Position numbers and translations under genes: made by a program | Shown here: piece after piece, positions 1-9,225 of the stretch | How the letters are laid out: each line of letters opens with the position of its first letter | How positions within the stretch are numbered: the stretch's first letter is position 1 | Notes under the pieces: generated by a model | The model's input: the letters and a program-made list of their open reading frames with translations, nothing else | Told to the model about the DNA's origin: nothing | Database searches by the model: none | Assembly: GCA_021780495.1 (NCBI GenBank) | Contig: JAJXYO010000062.1 | Coordinates: 86,302-118,301 of the forward strand | Reading direction: 5' to 3' | DNA: 32,000 nucleotides | Source of the DNA: Deltaproteobacteria bacterium | GTDB lineage: Bacteria > Desulfobacterota > Desulfuromonadia > Geobacterales > Pseudopelobacteraceae

Positions 1-87
1 TTACCAGAGCAGCTGCAACCATGCTCACCCCAAGCGGATAGATCGGATATGGTGAAAGTGTTACATTGGCTGATATCAGCAGAACCT

Positions 88-1359
88 TCATTCAGGGCTC
101 ACAATATCTTTATTAACATCCCATTTTCTTCGTACGGGACTGGTATGCCGATACGTTCCATCGGCCTTCTCTTTCTCGATGACCTTGAGAAACAGTTTAG
201 CCATTTTCAAGTTCTGACTGCTGTCGCTGTAGAATCTGTCCCACGCGTAATAATAAAGATCCTGCAGTTTGGAAGGACTCATCTTTGCCGGTTGGTAAAC
301 GACTTCACCGCCGGTATAGCGATTCCAGTCATTGGATAGAATCCTGCCCTGCTGCGCAAGGGTCTCGCGGATCGGCGTGTGAGGAAACGGGGTCAGGATC
401 GTGAATTCCGCAAGATCCAGATTGATCTCAAGCAGGAAATCGACCAGTCGTTTGATGTCATCCTCACTCTGGTCATCGGTACCCAGAATTATCGTCCCCT
501 CGACTCCAATGCCGCGTTCCTGTAAACGCTTTACCCGTTTGCGAATGTGATCCGAAGTGTCGAAGATCGCCTGATATACATACCAGCAACCGGCCTCGGC
601 AGCCAGGTCAAGGATTTCATCGTCGTCTTTGATCGGGTGGCACACCCATTTCTTCTTAAGTGGAATCAGCGCCTTAAACAGATCCTTCTCCCATTGGTCG
701 TTCTGGGACATGGAATTATCAACAAAGAACAGACGGTTGTTATTTATTGACTCAATTTCACGCAGTACATCATCGATCGGGCGCGGCCTGAATTCGTTGC
801 CGCCGAGAAACGGCGTACAACACGGAAAGCAGTTGAACCGGCAGCCACGCGAAGCATGGATCAGGTCAACCATCTGTACCCCGCGATAGTTATATAACTC
901 GCGATTAAGAATCCCGCGTCTGGCGGGTCCAACCAGATTGATGTCCGGGAAATTGTTCTTATAGTCGTATACCTTGAGCAAATTACCGTTGTTCAGGTCT
1001 GTAATAATTTGCCCGAAACGTCCTTCGGCCTCTCCCAGAAACACTGAATCAGCATGCCGCATGGTTTCTTCGGCATGGAGTTGCGTACCGATGCCACCAA
1101 AGATCACCGGGATTCCTTTGGCACGATAGATGTCGGCGATCTCCCAGCCGCGCGCAATCTGGCAGGTAAGCATGCAGGAGATTGCCACAAGGTCGGCATG
1201 CTCGTCAAAATTGATCGCTTCAACATGTTCGTCGGTAAAGATGAGCTCAATATCGCCAGGCACCGTAGCTGCGAAACAGACCGGGCCATGGGGCGGGAGA
1301 TGAAAATCCGTCTGTCGCTGCAGTTTCGGCCATTTCGGGTAAATTAGTTTTATCTTCAC
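88..1359 (-). CDS. B12-binding-domain radical SAM enzyme (class B rSAM), last visible gene of the lipid operon
   Basis: 423-aa ORF. The N-terminus (MKIKLIYPKW...IPVIFGG) looks like a B12-binding domain. rSAM cluster motif CRFNCFPC (CX3CX2C). The GTG start overlaps the upstream stop as GTGA (1356-1359). Confidence 0.85.
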   Translation of the reverse strand: MKIKLIYPKWPKLQRQTDFHLPPHGPVCFAATVPGDIELIFTDEHVEAINFDEHADLVAISCMLTCQIARGWEIADIYRAKGIPVIFGGIGTQLHAEETMRHADSVFLGEAEGRFGQIITDLNNGNLLKVYDYKNNFPDINLVGPARRGILNRELYNYRGVQMVDLIHASRGCRFNCFPCCTPFLGGNEFRPRPIDDVLREIESINNNRLFFVDNSMSQNDQWEKDLFKALIPLKKKWVCHPIKDDDEILDLAAEAGCWYVYQAIFDTSDHIRKRVKRLQERGIGVEGTIILGTDDQSEDDIKRLVDFLLEINLDLAEFTILTPFPHTPIRETLAQQGRILSNDWNRYTGGEVVYQPAKMSPSKLQDLYYYAWDRFYSDSSQNLKMAKLFLKVIEKEKADGTYRHTSPVRRKWDVNKDIVSPE

Positions 1360-2030
1360 GCGATACCTTTCTTAATCTTCAGGATTGAAAGCTGACGTAG
1401 AATTTCTGGTATTCCATGTGTTGATTCCACGATCGACCGGGCCTCAATGAGGCTACAGAAAGCATTGCCTTCCTGTTTGCCATCAATAACGAAATACAGG
1501 GCTTCATCTTCCACTATGTTGCCTACGAGCATCCGGCCTGTTTCACCGGCAACAATCATCTCGACCGACATATCAAAAAACTCTGCAAACGAGCCATCCA
1601 GCGCCGTCGCATATAAAAGAGGACCAATCAAACCGAAGTGGATGGCCGCTTCACCCAGCGCACTCGAAGGGAGCGTATAGATGAACAGGTTTGCCCGTGA
1701 AAGCGTGCGACCGTTTTCTACATAATCCTTGAAATAGTCAATGTCCGATTTCAGGGAGCCTTCACGGCTTGTACCGATAATCCCGATGTCCTGCTTGCAT
1801 GCAGATGAGTACTCCACGCCGGCATCCTGCAGGGCAAGGGCAACAGCACTGACAGTCTTCCGCGACATTCCGTCAAGTCGCCCGAAATTCTTGAACGGCT
1901 GCGAAAATATTCCCAATTTCGCAAGAGAGTGAATCCCCTCCCCCTGGGCAAACTGATGTTGCAGCCCGAGCCTGACAGACCCGTAACCTGTGCTTGTCAC
2001 CCACCCTATGCCACGTACTGAAATCATCAT
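1356..2030 (-). CDS. Half-size ketosynthase-like protein lacking the active-site Cys (chain-length-factor / ApeC-like KS partner)
   Basis: The ORF track gives 1356..2084. I prefer the ATG at 2030 (MMISVRGIGWV...), which lies 10 nt after the upstream KS stop and gives a KS-like N-terminus. The protein is about 224 aa. The position where a KS carries its catalytic Cys reads YTLPSSALGEAA. There is no His-His C-terminal half. Confidence 0.7.
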   Translation of the reverse strand: MMISVRGIGWVTSTGYGSVRLGLQHQFAQGEGIHSLAKLGIFSQPFKNFGRLDGMSRKTVSAVALALQDAGVEYSSACKQDIGIIGTSREGSLKSDIDYFKDYVENGRTLSRANLFIYTLPSSALGEAAIHFGLIGPLLYATALDGSFAEFFDMSVEMIVAGETGRMLVGNIVEDEALYFVIDGKQEGNAFCSLIEARSIVESTHGIPEILRQLSILKIKKGIA

Positions 2031-2040
2031 CGAAGCTTTC

Positions 2041-3162
2041 TCAGGCCAGAACCAAAGCAGAGTTAATGCCACTGAAACCGGCATTGGTCACGAGAGCTAT
2101 CGCGTTCGGTTCGACAACCCGGCGGTGATCTGATACCCAAGCGATCGCATCATCATCAGCATCTTTCAGATTTACGGTTGGCGGAACGACGTTCTCACGT
2201 CGAGCCCGCTGCGCAATTGCCATTTCGACCAGACCGGCGGCACCCATCGTGTGGCCGATACCGCCTTTGATGGAATAGACCGGCACATTCCGGCCCCGGA
2301 ATACCGCGCGGAAAGCCCGCATTTCCATGGCATCGTTATACGGGGTACCGGTGCCGTGTGCCGAAACAAAGCCGACGCGATCAGCAGAAATACCCGCAGA
2401 GTCCAGGGCGGCGTTGATGGCGCGAACCAACCCTTCGCTTTCGCGGGAGGGACCGGTCATGTGGTTGGCATCATCGCTCATGCCCCAACCGGCAATTTCT
2501 CCTGTGATGGGCCTTTTTTCACGCAGAGCACGTTCTTCGCTCATGACGAGCAGATATGCGGCAGCTTCTCCGACACTTAGTCCGGCCCTGTTCTTATCAA
2601 AAGGCCGGGCCGGGACCTTATCCAGCGCCATGAGCGAAGAAAAACCTGAAAATACAAACTCCGACACACAATCACAGGCTACTACCAGCACACAATCAGC
2701 ATGTCCACTGCGAATGGTTGCCGCTGCACGCGCAGCCGCAGCCGACGACGAGGTGCATGCCGCCGACACAACCAGGCCACCGCCCGTGGTTCCGGTGAGG
2801 TTAATGACCTTTTTGAGTAGATTGCTAAGAGAGCTTTCAGCACCATCGCCAGTTCCGGTAATGATGCTTTTCTCCAGAAGATCGATTTCTCCCTTGGTTG
2901 TCGCCAGCAGAAGTTTTGCATCAGTCGGTATCTTTGTACCGGTTCTGGCAAACAGCTGGGAAATCATCTGCATGACCAGAGACATTTCGCCGTGATACGT
3001 CAAACCAGGAATTGTTCCGGCATAGTCGGAGAATAACGCCTTCGTACTGAATCGGGTCAGGCGGGAAATTGCGGTCCGGTTGGCCAGAAGTCCATCCCAG
3101 CATGCGTCGATACCCGGACCGAATGGGGTCAGGATATCCGTTTCAACGATAACCGCCCTCAT
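2041..3162 (-). CDS. Beta-ketoacyl-ACP synthase (elongating KS, ApeO-like)
   Basis: Catalytic triad motifs are present: SAACTSS (Cys), SAHGTGTPYND (His), GHTMGAAG (His). The ORF track start at 3192 is GTG. The ATG at 3162 forms an ATGA overlap with the upstream stop (3159-3162) and gives MRAVIVETDILTPFG. Confidence 0.9.
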   Translation of the reverse strand: MRAVIVETDILTPFGPGIDACWDGLLANRTAISRLTRFSTKALFSDYAGTIPGLTYHGEMSLVMQMISQLFARTGTKIPTDAKLLLATTKGEIDLLEKSIITGTGDGAESSLSNLLKKVINLTGTTGGGLVVSAACTSSSAAAARAAATIRSGHADCVLVVACDCVSEFVFSGFSSLMALDKVPARPFDKNRAGLSVGEAAAYLLVMSEERALREKRPITGEIAGWGMSDDANHMTGPSRESEGLVRAINAALDSAGISADRVGFVSAHGTGTPYNDAMEMRAFRAVFRGRNVPVYSIKGGIGHTMGAAGLVEMAIAQRARRENVVPPTVNLKDADDDAIAWVSDHRRVVEPNAIALVTNAGFSGINSALVLA

Positions 3163-3644
3163 GGGCAACAAAGGAATTCTCCGGCTTTCCACCTGCTGCG
3201 GCAGCGATCAAGCATCACCGGCGAGAGCATGCAGGGTTCTCCTGTTCGGTGATCCGTAAAAAGCTGAATGGTGTAGCCGCTTGTTGCCAGGCTGCCATCC
3301 TGTTTGTAAACGTGGAATTCGGTGTTTATCCGCGCGCCCTCGTGCCAGACCATGGAAGCCCGGATGGTGAATTCCTCCGCCAGAAAGAGAGACTGAAAAT
3401 AATCTATATGGAGTGAGATGATGGGGGCTCTCAAACCGGCTTCAAGATACTCATTATATGACATCCCGCAGCGTCGGCCGAGTTCTTCAGACGCCTCCTC
3501 GAACAGGAGCGGATAGCGGCCATGCCACATGATAGCCATAGGATCGGCCTCATTGAAGCGAACGCGACGTTTGACCTCGACGAAGATCGGTTCCGGCGCT
3601 CCGGGAACCGGATCAAAGTACGTTTTTTTCCGCTTGATCTTCAT
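3159..3644 (-). CDS. Hotdog-fold acyl-CoA/acyl-ACP thioesterase (4HBT/YbgC-like, ApeK-like)
   Basis: 161-aa ORF. YbgC-type N-terminal signature VRFNEADPMAIMWHGRYPLLFEEA. ATGA overlap with the upstream gene at 3641-3644. Confidence 0.8.
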   Translation of the reverse strand: MKIKRKKTYFDPVPGAPEPIFVEVKRRVRFNEADPMAIMWHGRYPLLFEEASEELGRRCGMSYNEYLEAGLRAPIISLHIDYFQSLFLAEEFTIRASMVWHEGARINTEFHVYKQDGSLATSGYTIQLFTDHRTGEPCMLSPVMLDRCRSRWKAGEFLCCP

Positions 3645-4021
3645 ATCGCATCACCCAGGGCAACACGCAGTTTCAGATCAGACACCTTTTCTTCTCCCTT
3701 AGTAACACGAACCTTACAGGTAAATTCATTGCCGGCATCCGCAACGCTACTCACGGTACAAATCAGGTGATCTCCAGGCAAAACGGGCGCTACGTACTTG
3801 GCCAGTACTATTTCTTTTAGAAAAACGCGCTGCTGCAGACCTTGCCTGAGTGTTGAAATTGCACACTGAATCTGGCATGCCCCCGGCAGAACCATCTTAG
3901 TCGGGAAATGTCCCTGAAAACCGATAAACTCGGGCGGAAAGGTGAAACTCGATGTCATAACAGAGTCAGTCCGCGTTGGTCCATCCATGTAGCGCTCAAT
4001 ATCCGCTTGTACCTTGCTCAT
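3641..4021 (-). CDS. FabZ/FabA-like 3-hydroxyacyl-ACP dehydratase (hotdog, ApeP-like)
   Basis: 126 aa. Catalytic-His motif FQGHFPTKMVLPGACQIQ. ATGA overlap at 4018-4021. Confidence 0.8.
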   Translation of the reverse strand: MSKVQADIERYMDGPTRTDSVMTSSFTFPPEFIGFQGHFPTKMVLPGACQIQCAISTLRQGLQQRVFLKEIVLAKYVAPVLPGDHLICTVSSVADAGNEFTCKVRVTKGEEKVSDLKLRVALGDAI

Positions 4022-4683
4022 GAATACAACTCCTTTTGCCGGACCGTCAGTTGGTAACCATACTTGTAATTAATCATGATAATCCCTTGAGGATAATGTT
4101 TCCCATTCTGCTCACGATATTCATAGTAGGATACCCGCCACACGATTTCATTGTTCTCATAATAAACCTTCTCGACAAGATCCCGCCCTTTCCCGGCAAA
4201 TTCATATTCCATTTCACCGGAACCGTACGGTTGCCAAAAATTTACCTTGTATTTACTCTTCCAGGTACGTGCTCTGTCTGACGGGATCAGATCAAAATAG
4301 ATTCTGCGGATGTCGGTGCCAACCGCTTTCGGAAGGTCACCGTACTGCATGAGGGCGGGCAGTGCATTCTGGGTAACAATGGTATCCCTGTCGCCAGACA
4401 GTTCAAACAACTGGACACCCAATGGGTTAAGACAGACCACTTTAAATTGATTATTCTGACGGTTTATGTCGATGTAGCCGATCCCCATAAAGGATTTCCA
4501 GGAATACTCAAATACGACAGAATTGAGGACTTGGAAGCGTTCCGGGGTGTGAGCTTTAAATTGCGCCACGACACTTTTGGGCTCGACAGATTCAAAGGAT
4601 ACACGTTCAGCTTTCTGAAACGGAATGTGGGTACACCCGGCAGACAATATAATCAGCATCAACAGGGCAACAAATTTGATCAT
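4018..4683 (-). CDS. Lipoprotein of unknown function (LolB-/DUF3261-like position in Ape-type clusters)
   Basis: 221 aa. Signal peptide with lipobox MIKFVALLMLIILSAGC. The ATG directly abuts the MMPL stop (TAG|ATG, 4681-4686). The family assignment rests on cluster position only. Confidence 0.75.
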   Translation of the reverse strand: MIKFVALLMLIILSAGCTHIPFQKAERVSFESVEPKSVVAQFKAHTPERFQVLNSVVFEYSWKSFMGIGYIDINRQNNQFKVVCLNPLGVQLFELSGDRDTIVTQNALPALMQYGDLPKAVGTDIRRIYFDLIPSDRARTWKSKYKVNFWQPYGSGEMEYEFAGKGRDLVEKVYYENNEIVWRVSYYEYREQNGKHYPQGIIMINYKYGYQLTVRQKELYS

Positions 4684-7101
4684 CTATCGGTTTTCCTCTG
4701 TATCAATCAGACTGCACAGAGGTGGAACCACCAATATGGCAGAGAGATATCCGGTAATTATGCAGATAAACATGGCGACTCCGGTAGAGTGGAGTGCGGG
4801 ATGCTTTGCAAACAGAAGCGCACCGGTGCCGATGACATTGGTTATTGCCGAAATAGTCACGGCGATGATGGTCCCGGTACGCAATCTGTGGCGGTATTGA
4901 TAGGTGATCCCCAAGCCATAATCCACGATAACTCCGGTCGAGACGATGGAAGCCACAATATTTATGACGTTCAAGGGAATCTTCAGAAATGACATAATCC
5001 CGACAAACCAGACAATTCCGGTGACCAGCGGTACCAGGGCAATCAGGGTATACTTCCAATCGCCAAAAAACAGCCACGCCAGCACCACATTAAATAGAAA
5101 CGCAAGCGGCGCCAGAATTCTGATCTCCTTGGCTGTAAATGAGGAGATCGAGGCAGACATGGCCTTTCCCGATACGACGAATGTGCCGGGATACTTTTTC
5201 GTGATTTCTGTCAATGAATCAATATAGTTCTGTTCATCCGGAAAGTACGAAAGAATACGGTATTCTCCGTTTTTGCTCAACACAAATCTTTCCTGCAGTT
5301 GAGCTATAAGGCCGTTGGAACCGGCGTTTTCTGCTTGATGACGATAGAGGCCATCGAAAAATGGAGAAAAAGCGCTATCAGAAAATTGATACGCCGCAGA
5401 CGTTTCGCGAATCAGCTTTTTAAGCTCAAGCTCTTTTCCTTGTCTCCAAAAACTGTCCCAATGTGCACTGTTTTCCTTCCGCAGCCGTTCAGAAGGCCAA
5501 AACTGCGCAAGGCTCGTAAATTCACCTTTTTCAACAAGGTTATGTGCAGCATGAAACACAGCGTCGTTAACTTCCATGGCATCTTCGAGGCTTTTTCCCG
5601 TTACCACGAAAATTGCCTGACTGGTTTTGCCACCCCACACATTGTGAAACCTCTGTTCGGCGCGCAGAACTCCCGGATCGCTACCGTCAAGTTTTTTGAC
5701 ATCGCTGTCAAATGTGACAGATAAAGCGCTATACAATGCCAGACAAAACAGCACACCCCATACGCCGATGCAGGTCTTGACCGGCCAGCGAATCGTCGTG
5801 AGCTTGTCATCGATACTGGAGTCTGTTACAGGAATGACCTTCATGTGTGAAAGGACGATGGGAAGAACAAAGAGAGCTATCATCAGACAGATGAACACGC
5901 AGAGGGCAGAGAAAAGTGCGAGCTGGTGATACCCCTGAATTTTCGAAAAAAACAAGACCAGAAAACTGAACATGGTAGTTGTAGCGCTGACCGTAATCAA
6001 TCGTGATAGTTTCACAAACTGCGTGCTATCGACTCCGCGCTTCAATGCAATAAACATGTGCAAGCCATAGTCAACCGAAAAGCCTGCGATTGCAGTACCG
6101 AGTCCGATTACCATATACAGCAGTTTCCCTTCAATGGCTGAGGCCAGTACAATTGACCATACGATAGCAATAAAGGGGATAATAAAGATAAAAAGCACGC
6201 GAAGGTCACGAAATACCATCAGGAACAGCAAAAGAAATGTCACGGAAGCTATGGTAGAAACTATTGATATGTCACGTTTGATCACGCGCTCATTACTGAC
6301 CGTATGCAGATGACCACAGATAATATCGGCCGACACGTATCCCGGCAGCTCTTTAATATGGCCCTGCAGCGCAGCAATGAGTTCTTTGCTGCGTGGGCTA
6401 TCCATCATTGCAACGGAAGTTTGCAGTATCATCAAGGCATGACGACCGTCACGACTGATAAAATGCCCATCCTCAATAGCAACGTCGTATCCCATGGACG
6501 CGGGGAGTGCCCGCATCTTTTCAAGGAGTAGCATCTTGATTCCCAGTGGATCGGCACGGGACAACGACGAAGTGAATACACTTTCCGGGCGCATGGACTG
6601 CAGATAGATACCCCGCATTTTCTGGGATACCGTTTTGCTATTGATAAGACCGTTTATGGCTTCCAGATCCTGCCTTCCAAGCACCTGCGGCGCGTAGTGG
6701 AGAACTGAGAATTCATCCATGACATTCGCAACGGAAAAGCCGGAAACCACCTTCATAAAAAGCGGCGGGGTGAGGGATGCGGATAACTGATCTACGGCGA
6801 GGAAGAGGTCTTTTTTAGTTTTGGCAGGGTCTGTCAATGCAATGGAAACTATAACCTTATCCGAAAAGCTGGAGCCCCTCAGAAAATCCATGCTCCGGGC
6901 AATTTCCTTGTCCGGCGGCAACATCAGGTCGATATTGCCCTCGAAGTGCGTAAAAAACAGGGCTGAGCCAGCAAGCGCCGTGATCAGCAGAACAAACGCT
7001 AAAACCAGTTTTGTATGCTTGCGTACGATCGTCTGAAACAGCAAGAAAACTTTTTCAAACACGCCCTTTAACCTCAAATTGTTTACTGGTAAGTGGCGCA
7101 T
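4684..7101 (-). CDS. MMPL/RND-superfamily membrane exporter (ApeM-like)
   Basis: 805 aa. Two blocks of about 5-6 hydrophobic helices are separated by large soluble loops, as in MMPL/RND transporters. The ATG at 7101 overlaps the upstream gene by 47 nt. An alternative GTG at 7062 would give an 8-nt overlap. Confidence 0.85.
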   Translation of the reverse strand: MRHLPVNNLRLKGVFEKVFLLFQTIVRKHTKLVLAFVLLITALAGSALFFTHFEGNIDLMLPPDKEIARSMDFLRGSSFSDKVIVSIALTDPAKTKKDLFLAVDQLSASLTPPLFMKVVSGFSVANVMDEFSVLHYAPQVLGRQDLEAINGLINSKTVSQKMRGIYLQSMRPESVFTSSLSRADPLGIKMLLLEKMRALPASMGYDVAIEDGHFISRDGRHALMILQTSVAMMDSPRSKELIAALQGHIKELPGYVSADIICGHLHTVSNERVIKRDISIVSTIASVTFLLLFLMVFRDLRVLFIFIIPFIAIVWSIVLASAIEGKLLYMVIGLGTAIAGFSVDYGLHMFIALKRGVDSTQFVKLSRLITVSATTTMFSFLVLFFSKIQGYHQLALFSALCVFICLMIALFVLPIVLSHMKVIPVTDSSIDDKLTTIRWPVKTCIGVWGVLFCLALYSALSVTFDSDVKKLDGSDPGVLRAEQRFHNVWGGKTSQAIFVVTGKSLEDAMEVNDAVFHAAHNLVEKGEFTSLAQFWPSERLRKENSAHWDSFWRQGKELELKKLIRETSAAYQFSDSAFSPFFDGLYRHQAENAGSNGLIAQLQERFVLSKNGEYRILSYFPDEQNYIDSLTEITKKYPGTFVVSGKAMSASISSFTAKEIRILAPLAFLFNVVLAWLFFGDWKYTLIALVPLVTGIVWFVGIMSFLKIPLNVINIVASIVSTGVIVDYGLGITYQYRHRLRTGTIIAVTISAITNVIGTGALLFAKHPALHSTGVAMFICIITGYLSAILVVPPLCSLIDTEENR

Positions 7102-7738
7102 TCAGGATCGTATGTAGAAAATTGATGGTAGTAACATCTCCACTGATCTCTTGGATACGCAACTGCTGCAGATAATTTTGATCATTGCGAAACGTGATGG
7201 TTATACTTTTAATGACTTTTTTTGACACGTTATTGTCCCGTGGAACGAATTCGATCACAAGAGGATTTCGTTTTTTAATCCGAACATCATTGCTATCGAG
7301 AAGCGAGCCATACTCGCCGGAAAACCAGACCGTCATTTGACCAAGAACATTTTGAAAAATAGGATTCTTGGCCAGGGATATTTCCTGTACTTTATTGGTA
7401 TCCTCGTCCCATTGACGAATCAATTTGTCTGTTATCAGTACCGAGTAACGAACAGGAGAATCAACGTGCCATGCAATCTTGTTCGGCTTTTCAAGATAGA
7501 TCCTTCCCTTCATAACGAGCTTTTTCTTGAACATGACCATCTTTTTTTCTTGTATAAACTCTGTCTTGAGTGTTTTGAAACTGGAGGCCTTTTTTCCGAT
7601 GTCGTGCAAGAAAGCTGACAAATCGGCCGGCTGCGCCACGCCGCCAGTTCCGGTTTCAGCTGCATCAATTCGGCCTGTCTGCAGCATGACGATTATGATC
7701 ATCGATATTGCCGCGATACATCTTGTCAAGACTCTCAT
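7055..7738 (-). CDS. LolA-like outer-membrane lipoprotein/lipid carrier protein (ApeL-like), secreted
   Basis: 227 aa. Signal peptide MRVLTRCIAAISMIIIVMLQTGRIDAAE. LolA-like pattern FIQEKK...MKGRIYLEKPNKIAWHVDSP...ITDKLIRQWDEDTNKV. TAATG junction with the upstream gene (7736-7740). Confidence 0.75.
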   Translation of the reverse strand: MRVLTRCIAAISMIIIVMLQTGRIDAAETGTGGVAQPADLSAFLHDIGKKASSFKTLKTEFIQEKKMVMFKKKLVMKGRIYLEKPNKIAWHVDSPVRYSVLITDKLIRQWDEDTNKVQEISLAKNPIFQNVLGQMTVWFSGEYGSLLDSNDVRIKKRNPLVIEFVPRDNNVSKKVIKSITITFRNDQNYLQQLRIQEISGDVTTINFLHTILNAPLTSKQFEVKGRV

Positions 7739-9225
7739 TATGCCACCCCTGTTGTGTCACTTTGCCATACCTTGATTTCACCACGCGCAATCAGCTCTTC
7801 GCCTTTATACACTTCACCGCTCAGGATACCGAAATCTCCAAATTTGGCTTTTTTGTACAATGATATGCGCAGGGTATCGCCCACGTAAGAATCACCAAAA
7901 ATCTCCAGGTTTTTAATCCCCAACAAGAACCCCTCTACCAAGGGGTTACGACCTCCGAACCTTCGAAATCCCTCCTGAGCAGCCACAGCCTGGGAGATGA
8001 TCTCGGGATAGGAAGCATCGTCAAGATGGCCGTTTTCATCTACGAAGATCATGTCAGCCCGTACCGTCATTTCAGAAACCGATGCACGCTCTTTCACTTC
8101 CAGCAGTCGGTCTATGAGGAGCATCGGCGGTTTATGAGGGATAACATGGGCAACATCCACCGGCAAAAACATGATTTCATCCCGCCGGTCGATATTTTTC
8201 CAGCAGAGTGGATCGGAAGCAAGATAATCTCCCGTCAACTGATAAGCGGTGCCACGGCAGCCATAACACGTTTCAAGTGATGCACATTCTCCACAAGGGC
8301 CTTTTATCGTTTCCCTGTAGTTTTTGAGATCCTGCACCACCTCACTGTCACGCAGGATCTCTTTCAGGCTCTGTTGCCTCAGGTTGCCGAGCGGTATCGT
8401 AATTCCGACGCATGATTGCACAAAGCCCTCAGAATTTACTGCGCAGGAATATTGATGCCGCAGACACTCTCCCCCAACCAAAGGCGGTTTCGGATCCCAG
8501 TGAATATCGTACTTGATCTTGTCAATTTCTGATATTTCCTGAAAGAACACCTCAAGAGTCCGTGAATCCAGCTCTAGCATGTTGTGCTCGCGGGCCCCCC
8601 CTTGCGGCGTCATAATTTCGAAATAGGGAAGGATGTTCTGATCCCGCAGCCATTGCCACAAGCGCGGCAACTCATGAATATTCTGCTGACAGATGATTGA
8701 ACTTACGCCCAATGGATTTTCCAGTGAGGGGTAACCAGCCAGCTTCAGATTCTTCAGGGCTTCCTGGATCTGGATATATGATCCCTTGCGACCGGATAAC
8801 GTGTCTTGGAGACTCTCATCAAAGGTGTTCATTTTGAGTACAGCCCGGACCCCATTATCAAACAATTCCTGCGCTACCGCTGGTGTGATATTGGTTCCGT
8901 TAGTGAACAGCTCTATCTCCATATCCAACGATTTGATGTGGCCGATCATCTCCATAATATGGGGATAAAGCATCGGCTCGCCGCCGAGAATAATTATTTT
9001 CCGCGCTCCCAGTTCCCTGGCCTGATTAATGACACCTATAAACTCATCCTGAGTCAGTTCTTCAGGTCGTTTGGCACGGTCCAACGCATAACAATACAGG
9101 CACTTGAAATTGCAGCTCTGGTTGAACTCGATCTCCATCGACAACAGTCGTCCGTCCCGAACAGCATCGCTGATTTCCTGTGCAGTAAACTCTGATCCAT
9201 AAATCCTATCTATACAGGGCTTCAT
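7738..9225 (-). CDS. Fusion protein: radical SAM/SPASM domain joined to a C-terminal FabA/ApeI-like hotdog dehydratase domain
   Basis: 495-aa uninterrupted ORF. The rSAM motif is CNFKCLYC (residues 38-45). The SPASM-type Cys pattern is SCAVNSEGFVQSC ... CGECASLETCYGC ... DPLC (residues about 261-341). The hotdog region runs from about residue 352, with HVIPHKPPMLLIDRLLEV and LLGIKNLEIFG. Confidence 0.85.
   Translation of the reverse strand: MKPCIDRIYGSEFTAQEISDAVRDGRLLSMEIEFNQSCNFKCLYCYALDRAKRPEELTQDEFIGVINQARELGARKIIILGGEPMLYPHIMEMIGHIKSLDMEIELFTNGTNITPAVAQELFDNGVRAVLKMNTFDESLQDTLSGRKGSYIQIQEALKNLKLAGYPSLENPLGVSSIICQQNIHELPRLWQWLRDQNILPYFEIMTPQGGAREHNMLELDSRTLEVFFQEISEIDKIKYDIHWDPKPPLVGGECLRHQYSCAVNSEGFVQSCVGITIPLGNLRQQSLKEILRDSEVVQDLKNYRETIKGPCGECASLETCYGCRGTAYQLTGDYLASDPLCWKNIDRRDEIMFLPVDVAHVIPHKPPMLLIDRLLEVKERASVSEMTVRADMIFVDENGHLDDASYPEIISQAVAAQEGFRRFGGRNPLVEGFLLGIKNLEIFGDSYVGDTLRISLYKKAKFGDFGILSGEVYKGEELIARGEIKVWQSDTTGVA

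Noticed and set aside
1-22. Possible start of another minus-strand gene (ATG at 22-20, MVAAALV..., preceded by GGGGTGA) that would continue the operon off the left edge
   Set aside because: Only 7 codons are visible. This is too little to support a feature, so it is mentioned only as a hint that the operon continues.
49-339. 96-aa plus-strand ORF
   Set aside because: It lies entirely antisense within the well-supported B12-rSAM CDS (88-1359). It has no motifs and no SD. I treat it as a shadow ORF.
2031-2084. N-terminal extensions implied by the ORF-track starts (2084, 3192 GTG, 14338 TTG, 15241 GTG, 25841 TTG, 26959 TTG)
   Set aside because: Downstream starts give canonical family N-termini, SD sequences or ATGA-type coupling. 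Several track starts are non-ATG codons with no SD, or overlap the preceding gene by tens of nucleotides.
2327-2995. 222-aa plus-strand ORF, and similar long antisense ORFs (for example 2251-2580, 4447-4992, 5299-5724, 10760-11173, 17283-17648, 20956-21294, 21627-21956, 30578-31177, 30708-31064, 31416-31829)
   Set aside because: All lie antisense to CDSs that have clear catalytic motifs. Their translations are low-complexity (Ala/Arg/Ser/Pro-rich), which is typical of shadow frames.
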